Assembly: GCF_000281045.1 (NCBI RefSeq)
Contig: NW_008246110.1
Span: 300,248 to 320,247 of the forward strand
Origin: Saprolegnia diclina VS20
Lineage: Eukaryota
Reading direction: 5' to 3'
DNA length: 20,000 nt
Position 1 is the first letter of the stretch, and each line of letters opens with the position of its first letter. The notes beneath the pieces were generated by a model. That model had not been told where the DNA came from and did no database searches. It saw only the letters and a list, made by a program, of their open reading frames with translations. Of this stretch, positions 1 through 7,959 are shown piece after piece. The position numbers were made by a program, and so were the translations under genes.

Positions 1-1740
1 TGCGCAGAGCGCGTCGGACGAGAGGTGCCGGCTGCGCGAGACGTTGAGGTGCGTGAGCAGCGACGCGTTTTTCAACAGACTTGCGCACACGTCGTCCGTG
101 ACGTGCGACCCGAGGTGCAGCTGGGTGAGGCGCGGGAACCGAATACCGCGTAGGATGGGCGCCAAAGCACAGCTCTCGACGTTGGCCTTGTTGAGGTTGA
201 TGTGGGTGAGCGTCGACTCGAGGAAGAGCGCGCGCAGCGTCCGAGCGGTGAGCTGGGGAGCGCCAAAGAGCCGCTGCTCGTCGGTGGTGATGAGCATGCC
301 GACGCCGGTGAACTCGCGCAAATGGCGGCAGTGGCGCGCCAGAGCGATCGCGGCGTCGCTGTCGAGCGCGCGCGGAAGGCCCGAAACCACGAGGCTTCGG
401 AGGTCCGGGCAGTTGGCGCCAAGAACCACAAGGCCCTTGGCACTCACGTGGTAGCAGCCCGTGAGGTCGAGGTGCCGCAGTCGTATGCACCGGGTGGTAC
501 CCCGGTCGCTGGTAAAGTCGGCGTCCATTTCGTGCTCGACGGGCGCAAATTGCACCAAGTGTGTGAGGCCCACGTCCGTGACCCGGGCGCAGCCGTGCAG
601 AATCAAGGTTTCGAGGTGGGGGCACGACCGACCCAGCGCGATGAGCACGTCATCGGTCATGGCGTGCAGCGCGGCCGTGACGTCGAGGTGCAGCAGCTTC
701 TTCCCGCAGCCTTTGGCGACGTTGAGGAGACTCGCAAAATGCAACTTTTTCAAGTGCGCGAGCTCGAGCCGCGCGACACTGGACGGGACGAGGCGCTGCT
801 GCGGCAAGCACCCGTAGAGCGTGATACCTTCCATGTGTGGCAGCGCGTTGAGCTTGAGCTCCTCGAGCTTGGGTGCGTAGTTGAGGACGGCAAGGACTGC
901 CGTGTCAGTGAGCCGGACGCAGCCCGAGAGGTCGAGGCGCGTGAGCGGCGAATGGCTGTACGGCCGCTCGTTGAGGTAGAACATGCTCTGGTCCGTTAGT
1001 TGCTCGCAGTGCGCGACGAGAAGCGACTGGAGCCGACTAAACGACTGCACGATACAACTAAAGACGACGTCGACGACCCACGGGCTGTGACTCACGTCGA
1101 GCTCGACGACTGTTGAGGCGAAGCTGAGGAGCGCAACACCCGAGAGCTGCGGACAGCGAGAGAGGTGAAGCACGCGAAGCGACGGCAGCTGGCCGAGCAC
1201 GCGCAGGCCGGCATCAGTCAAGTTGCGGCACTCGCTAAGATACAGGTGCTGCAGCCGGAGATTTCGCTTCTCCGGTGGCGGGCACGCCAGGTATGCAAGG
1301 TCCGCATCGTGCACGTCCCAGCCCGAGAGGTGCACGGTGCTAGCGAGCTCCACGAGGAACTCGGTCGTGTAAAAGAGCGCAATTGGGATCGTCAGCGCCG
1401 ACGCATCAAGTCCTCGGGCGGACGCGGGCGGCGTCGCGGGGTCACCGCTGTGGTTGTTGATAGGCGACGAAATGGCCGGCAGCCGCGTCGGCTTGAGCTT
1501 GGGCTTGCGTAGCTGCTTGGCCCGCGTGGGTGATGGCGCGAGCAAGGGCTGCTTGGTCGGCGACGTCTCGGGGCCTTCGACCGCCGACAGCACGGGCATC
1601 GCCGTGTGCACGAGAGGAATGAGGTACCCTTTGGACGACTGAAGCACGGGCGCATCTGGCAGCTTCGTCAGTCGCCGCTTGCGTCCCGTCGGACGCAGTC
1701 GCTGTGCAGTCGTGTACGGCGACGGCTCGCTGTTCATCAT
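1..1740 (-). CDS. Leucine-rich repeat protein, Cys-containing (LRR_CC/AMN1, FBXL-like); 3' end truncated by window edge
   Basis: Manual translation: ATG at 1740 (MMNSEPSPYTTAQRLRP...) stays open for 580 codons to base 1 with no stop, which probably explains its absence from the ORF track. Repeated LxxLxLxxCxxLTD units: LQHLYLSECRNLTDAGLRVL, LRVLHLSRCPQLS, LQSLLVAHCEQLTDQSM, LTRLDLSGCVRLTDTAV, LETLILHGCARVTDVGL, LRHLDLTGCYHVSAKGL. Confidence 0.88.
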   Translation of the reverse strand, partial: MMNSEPSPYTTAQRLRPTGRKRRLTKLPDAPVLQSSKGYLIPLVHTAMPVLSAVEGPETSPTKQPLLAPSPTRAKQLRKPKLKPTRLPAISSPINNHSGDPATPPASARGLDASALTIPIALFYTTEFLVELASTVHLSGWDVHDADLAYLACPPPEKRNLRLQHLYLSECRNLTDAGLRVLGQLPSLRVLHLSRCPQLSGVALLSFASTVVELDVSHSPWVVDVVFSCIVQSFSRLQSLLVAHCEQLTDQSMFYLNERPYSHSPLTRLDLSGCVRLTDTAVLAVLNYAPKLEELKLNALPHMEGITLYGCLPQQRLVPSSVARLELAHLKKLHFASLLNVAKGCGKKLLHLDVTAALHAMTDDVLIALGRSCPHLETLILHGCARVTDVGLTHLVQFAPVEHEMDADFTSDRGTTRCIRLRHLDLTGCYHVSAKGLVVLGANCPDLRSLVVSGLPRALDSDAAIALARHCRHLREFTGVGMLITTDEQRLFGAPQLTARTLRALFLESTLTHINLNKANVESCALAPILRGIRFPRLTQLHLGSHVTDDVCASLLKNASLLTHLNVSRSRHLSSDALCA

Positions 1741-1917
1741 TGCGCCGTGGCTCCTCGTGCTGGATCCCGATCCTGTCACTATTCCCGTGTATTGATATTA
1801 TATATAGTGTGCAAAGTAATAATAGTGTACGTCTGAAATCACCCATACAAACAGACGGGGCTGCAGAAAGGCAATGGCAGCCGATCAAATAGTGTGAAAC
1901 AGAGATCAGTGATCTTC
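1741..1917. promoter_or_regulatory. Short divergent (bidirectional) promoter region between the LRR gene and the PNGase gene
   Basis: 177 bp between two head-to-head ATGs (1740 on -, 1918 on +). AT-rich core 'attgatattatatatagt' at ~1791-1808 in an otherwise GC-rich context. Confidence 0.6.
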
Positions 1918-4900
1918 ATGACGCAGGACGTTCGGATCACCGTGCTCTTCGAGGGCCGTGAGTGCGTACCTATGGCTTCGCTAGCGTGGCCTCATGACCT
2001 CCTGCAGGTACTTGCTCGAGGCAGACCCGGCCGAGTCGGCCGAGACCGTAGCCTTCCAGCTCCACTCGCTCTGCGACGTCGCCGACAACGACCAGGTCCT
2101 CCTGACGTACGACGGGCGGCTCGTGTCGCCCGAAGACGGCGTGGCCGCTATCACCCAGTCGATGCATCTTCTCCTCCTGTTTCGGCGCAGCGCAGCGAGC
2201 GGCGGCTTTGAACCAACGCGTGATACCGACTGGCAAGAGACGTGTTCGCAGGTCGTGGCTCCATCGACGCCGCTCGTGCAGCCCGCGTACACGCGACAGG
2301 ATGGCGCCATGCTCTGCAGCGTATGCGCGACCACGTGCTCGCCTCCCGGTACGAACAAACACCGCGGTATCTTCTGCATCTTACCGTCTTCTGCAGCCCA
2401 CCTCGTGACGCCCATTCTCAATGACGTGGCAACACGCAACGTCGTCCGCGGGTCCTTTGTCACGGAGCTGGCGGTGGTCATCGGGGCCATCGATGTCTTG
2501 CCGCCGACGGGCTTTACAAAGCTGCCGATGGACCTCAACCACGGGACGCCCGGCCCCTTTGCCTTTCTCTGCGTTCGCAAAGGTACGTGGTTCGATGATC
2601 CTCAGGCTGCACCCACACGCACCGTTGTAGGCGGGAAACAAGCGCCCATCGCACACGTCCAGGTCGCGTCAGGTTCGACGGTGCCGCCCGGGTACACGTT
2701 GCTGCATGTGACGGCGACGACGTCGATCTGCTACCGCCGGGCGCCGCCATCGCTCTTCCGGTCGCTCGTCGGCTTTGGCATCCGCGACGTCTCTGTCGGC
2801 AAGGACCACGCGTCGTCCATGGTCGCTTGCCGCACGGCGCTCACCTCATCGGGTGATTGGACGCTCGCGTACGATCTCGCGCCGTTCGCTGGGACGATCT
2901 GCGGGTCGGTGGTCCTCGACCACTCTGAGTACTAAAGCACATCCCTAGATCCCACGGCGACTGTTTGTTTGCCGAGCGTATCGTCAACAGCACCCCAGGC
3001 TCGTTCACAGCCCTCTCGGGCGCCCAAGTTGAAGCGAGTGCTGCGCTGGAGGCCACGCTTCGAACCCAGTGGGCCGCCGCCCAAGCGACAGCATTTATGG
3101 CGTCCGAGGCGTCGCTCCGCAGTACGCTCGAGCACCAGAGCCAGCGCGTGCGCATTTACGAGCGCAAGGACAAGCAGGCCCGCGCGCTGGCGGTCGTTCC
3201 AGTCGCGACGCTCGAGGCCCGGGCGCGCGCCAACACTAATAGTGTGCACAAGCGCTTTGAAGACGAAGTGCTGCACCAGCTCATCCACTGGTTCAAGCAC
3301 GAGTTCTTTTCCTGGATGAACCAGCCGCCGTGCCAGGTGTGCGGCCAGGCGCCGACACAGCTCGTGCGCACGGACGGCCCGACGACTCCGGAGGAGGTAC
3401 CCCTTGTCCTAGCAAGTGTAGCTGTAGCGAGAGCTTGCGTAGGTCGCGGGCGAAGCGAGTCGTGTTGAAGTGTACCAGTGCGCTAGCTGCCGCAGCTTGA
3501 CGCGCTTTCCGCGGTAGCTGCCGACACGAAAGAGAGGACCAAGAAAACATTATAAAAATGACTAGGTACAACGATCCGGTCAAGCTCTTGGAGACTCGCA
3601 CGGGTCGCTGCGGCGAGTGGGCCAACTGCTTTACGCTCTGCTGCCGCGCGATGGGCTACGAAGCGCGCTACGTCCTTGACTTTACCGACCACGTCTGGAC
3701 CGAAGTGTACAGCCCGGAATACGGGGTACGTCCGTCGGCGCGTGCGACGGGAAATGGACCCAAGGGTGTAGCGCTGGTTGCACTGCGACCCGTGCGAAGA
3801 CCAACTCGACTGCCCGTTGACGTATGAAGTCGGCTGGGGAAAAGAGCTCCACTACATCTTTGCCTTCTCCATTGACCAAGTTGTCGACGTCATTCGGTAA
3901 CGTTGCATCTCTTATATGCTGTTCACGTCCTCGAGCAGGCGCTACACGACGACGTACGAAGGCGGCGTTTTGGACCGGCGTACGCAAGCCCGCGAAGACT
4001 GGCTCGCGGCAACGATCGTAGCTCTAAACCAGCGAGTGCAAGCGGCGCTGCCAAGTGCCCGGCGCGAGGTTCGATCCCCGACCAATGCCTGCCGGTCAAT
4101 GTGGATACGGTAGACGCTGCGGCTCCGTGCATTGCACGAAGAGGCCGAGCTTGGTGCCGTCAAGCACGCCAAGGCGAGTGAGACCGAAGGGCGTGTGTCA
4201 GGCTCGACAGAGTGGAAGGAGTCGCGTCAGGAGAGCGGCAACAAGGCCGACGATATAGCGTCAACGACGACAACAGCCGAGATAATGTCGACGGTCGACG
4301 AGGTGCCACCGTCGCTTTGGCAGTCGTACGCTGCGGTGGTTGGAGACAAAAGTTCAGGGAAGTATTGTAGGCTGCTCGTGCAACTCGTCCACGGGTGCGC
4401 CAACGCCTTTTGTGTCAACCCCTTTTGCCTGCATGTGGCCAAGGAGGCGCCAGGTACTACCGTGATGGCGACGGCAACACCGTATCCAAGCGTCATAGGA
4501 TTTGATCTGTCGAGTTATGTGGCCTCGTCGCTGCAGCGCATTCCATCACTGCAAGCTGTCGTCACGTCCCGCCGCGCGTTTGACCAGCTCATCTGCCCGC
4601 CGACAGGTGCAATAGGTTCAACCCTCGTCGACCCTAACCGCAGTGTTAGACAAAAATCTTCGAAGCCAGCTGTGGGCGGCGTCGCCGATCGGGTACTGGC
4701 CGCTGCAGGACAGCAAGCACGTAGCCGTCGATATCTCGGGGCATGCTGCGCATCTCACGCACACTTGCGCTGCGGTCAACAAGCCCATCGCGACCAAAGT
4801 TAACAAGGCGACGACCGGCTACCAGCTGCTGCCGCGCGATACGTTGCGACTGACGGCAGACGTCGCGGCGCCGACGTGGAGTGTCGTCTTTCTTGTGCAG

Positions 4901-6243
4901 TGGCACGCGTACGCCGATACGCTGGTCGAGTTTTTGCATCTGCCCGAGCTCGACCTGCGCCTTGGTCTCACGGCCGACAAACGGTATTCCCATCTGCCGT
5001 CCCTTCCTTTATAAAGTAGTGTGCGCAGGCTCGCGCTGACGCTGGGGGCGACGACGACGCACAGCGCGTCACCGTTGGCCATGGACACGACGTACCACAT
5101 GGCGCTTGTTGTCGACTCGTCGCGCGTCCGTGTCTTTGTGAATGCGGCCGAGGTCGTCTCGCTGACCGCGGGGCCACCTACCGCGTCGATCTCGCTACTG
5201 TTTGAGACGCAGGCGTTGGCGCATGTGCCCATTGTGAGTCATCTCGCGCTGCTGCCGACTGCGCTGGAGCCGTCGACGCTCGAGGTCTTGGCGCGCTTGT
5301 CGCTGCCCGGCGCCAAGTTGACCATGGCCGGTGTCAAAGGCGACACGGCTGACATCCAACAGCACGTGTGCACGCTTGATGCGGCGCAGATGGACTCGGG
5401 CTACGTGCTCTCGTCGCTCCACTGTACGGTGTTGATCGAGAGGTTCATGGAGATTGACTTTCGATTCTAGTGTGGTCGGGCACCTTCTTTGATGGCCTCC
5501 AGTGCGCGTACACGTCGGCCACTGGCGAGACAGTCGACGGACCCCAACACGTTGTCGCCGCTTCCAAGGACCAATCGCGATCCCATTCGCTGGCGCTTCT
5601 CCCAGGCGAAGTCATCGTGCACGTGTCGGGTCGCCGCGGCGCGTGGACGGACGCGCTGAGCGTCACCACCAACTTTGGTCGCACGCTCATTGGCGGCGGC
5701 CATGGTGGCAGTCCGTTCGAGATGGACATTGCCCCGGGGCACGCAGTGCGCGCGTTTGGCTTTCATATTGACGACCACGTGTACAGTTCCGTGGTTTTCA
5801 CAGCGCCGTCGCCCCGCGGTGCGCACGCTGCTCGTACAGCCGCGTGAGTCTAACGCGGCGCGTAGGTCCAGTGTTTCAAGCCCTAGATGCGATCCGCGCC
5901 TCAGTGCCCTCGTCGATCCTGCGTACGGTGATCGCGGCAGGTACGCTATCGCTATTGCGCTGCTTCTTTGGCTCAAAAAGGTCTAGTGCGCCGGTACCTC
6001 GGGAACCTCGTTGCGACGCCAACCGAGCCAAAATTCCGCAAAATCAAGACCACAAACGCGTATTTTGCCAAAAATGTGGGGATCCTTGACGACGCGACGG
6101 TGCTCACGCTCTTTACGGGTGCTGATTTCGAGGCCGTGACCGAGGGCGACGACAAGTTTTGGGTCTTCCGCGGAAACCTCCACGCTGTCCACGCTGCCAC
6201 GTACGACCTGACGACGTTCGCGGCGCTGCTCGCCGACAACTAG
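1918..6243 (+). CDS. PNG1: Multidomain cytoplasmic peptide:N-glycanase (PNGase, NGLY1/PNG1 family), ~1200 aa, 16 inferred introns
   Basis: Spliced core: [21 protein letters not shown]...[68 protein letters not shown]...RWLHCDPCE...[16 protein letters not shown]...[15 protein letters not shown]. Catalytic Cys (3609), His (3690) and Asp (3787) and both Zn CxxC pairs (3331, 3479) are present. Inferred introns: 1962-2007, 2349-2396, 2583-2630, 2905-2948, 3397-3442, 3514-3565, 3726-3771, 3897-3938, 4069-4113, 4326-4370, 4454-4498, 4607-4643, 4984-5028, 5424-5470, 5819-5865, 5941-5980. Spliced length 3603 nt = 1201 codons. Core identity is very secure; joining all exons into one gene is an inference. 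Confidence 0.92.
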
Positions 6244-6341
6244 TTGGCTCTTTAGCTCGCTGTCATAGTGTTTTTGACTACAGCCAATATCAACTAACAT
6301 TCTAAGCTTAGTTAGTCGTACATATCTGGTATTCGTGATTA

Positions 6342-6861
6342 TCACATGTCTTGCTGGGCCTTGGCTTGGGCAAAGAGTGCGTTTTGCGCCGCGAGAAGCT
6401 CGTCGCGGGACTCACCCTTGAAGAGATCCTTCCCGCGCTTCTCCGTTTTCTTCTTCTTCTTCAGCTCGGGCTTGGGCTAGCACAAACGCATGAAGGTACG
6501 AAGGTTGATGCGTGTTGGTCGTACAAGGGCGAGGGCCTTGGCCTTGAGGTCGGGGTAGGCGTCCATTGCTGCCAGTACGTGGTTGGGCTGGATGTAATAC
6601 GCTTCTTTGGTCGCCTCTTTTTGCGCGAGCGCATTGGACGCCACGAGCAACGACCGCATGAGCTCTACGAGTCGCAAGGCGCTACAGGCGAGCTATGGTA
6701 TGGCGCGGTACCGGACGCCAACTGGGCCGTCATGTCGACGACCGCGGTCGGGAGCGGCTCCTCGTCGCCGACGCGCGTGCGCAGAAGTGCTTCGGTCACA
6801 GCTAGCACAGCGTGAGCTCCATTGTAAGCATGTAGCGCCTACTCATGGGCACCTTGGACAT
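6342..6861 (-). CDS. Histone-fold protein, NC2beta/Dr1-like (divergent), ~127 aa
   Basis: Exons 6861-6843, 6801-6712, 6664-6525, 6476-6342 (384 nt): MSKVPMTVTEALLRTRVGDEEPLPTAVVDMTAQLASELMRSLLVASNALAQKEATKEAYYIQPNHVLAAMDAYPDLKAKALALPKPELKKKKTEKRGKDLFKGESRDELLAAQNALFAQAKAQQDM. 'IQPNHVLAAM' matches Dr1 'ISPEHVIQAL'. The tail 'DELLAAQNALFAQAK' matches the Dr1 'EELLRQQQELFAKAR' motif. Confidence 0.75.
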
Positions 6862-6898
6862 CGCGGCCAAGCTGGTGGTGTGGAATTTCGCGGCTGCA

Positions 6899-6929
6899 AT
6901 GCCATTGGTTTATAATTGGCCAATGGCAT
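6899..6929. promoter_or_regulatory. 10-bp perfect inverted repeat carrying CCAAT boxes around a TATA-like spacer, upstream of the NC2beta-like gene
   Basis: atgccattgg-tttataattgg-ccaatggcat. Three CCAAT/ATTGG pentamers, plus TATAAA on the minus strand, about 40-70 nt upstream of ATG 6861. Confidence 0.45.
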
Positions 6930-7959
6930 CGCGCGACGCCGATCTTTGTCCATGAGTCCTCCCTATTCATCGGCGACGACCATTTCCTGGCTTGACGAAG
7001 GTAACTCTGTTGTGATCTCATGTCTGCATCATACGACGTCTGGTGGAGTCGCTTGGATGGGCTCTGAAAGATGACGAAATAGAGATTTGGTCCGTCGTGT
7101 GCCCGTTGGACGACAAACCGAGTACCACGAACTCCATTGCTGGCGTCTCACGCCTGTCGGAATACACATACTTGCTATCTTCCACGCCTCTCAGCTATTT
7201 GATGAAACCACTAGGACGTGGTAAGCTTGCCATCTTTGCAGCCACTGCGTCGACTCTAGGTGGAGCTAAGGAGGCCAGCGGTCGCCTTCTGTCCCCACAC
7301 AGCATCCGGTCGTGCACAGATGCGTGACGCTTGACGCGTCTACCACCATTACCACAAGCTAGCCCATAGAGAGGTACGTTGGAGTCGACAACAATCATTC
7401 TTGCGCGGCTGCCTGGCGACGTGTTGTCAATGACCTTTCCCATGCTGTCGGACGCGATACACTGGTCGCGCTGCTTGGTAGAGCCAACACGATGCGCATA
7501 CCGGTACTCACAGCCACAGGGTATGACACATGACAAGCGACGAGGACTAGGTTGTCGAGATAACAGTAGACGACTTGTGCTGGCCAGGCGGATCTGGCGC
7601 CGATTTGAAAATTTAAATTGCTCGGATTGGCCCGTGGGTGTGGTATACATTTGCTTAGATAATAAAATAAATTGCCGTTGTAGGCTGCATTATAATGGTG
7701 GTCACGGTGAATAAAATACATGGCTCGCAGCGCTCAATACAAGTCATGTCGGTATTGGCAGGTAATCAGTAGTTTTTAGGTGGTTGTTATCTGTTGTATG
7801 TCGTTCAACCCAGGCAGTATTAAAGAACCGCACCGGGTGTAAATACAAGCGCTGGAAATAAAACGCAAATCGAAACAGCACGCGAGAAGCGATTGCCGCG
7901 GCCGCGCTCGGACCTCTTCCTTGGACCTCCCATCCTCCGCGTCCGCTTCCTCGACGACC

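Noticed and set aside
202..999. 265-aa plus-strand ORF and other overlapping ORFs at 44-1888
   Set aside because: Antisense or alternate-frame shadows of the minus-strand LRR gene; GC3-rich coding DNA leaves opposite frames open.
4066..4080. GGTTCGATCCCC resembling a tRNA T-loop/B-box
   Set aside because: No acceptor, D or anticodon stems around it; it coincides with the donor site of PNGase intron 4069-4113.
2935..6243. Apparent frameshifts and stops suggesting a pseudogene or an operon of small genes
   Set aside because: Every break is resolved by a canonical 37-52 nt GT-AG intron in the correct phase, and catalytic residues are intact.
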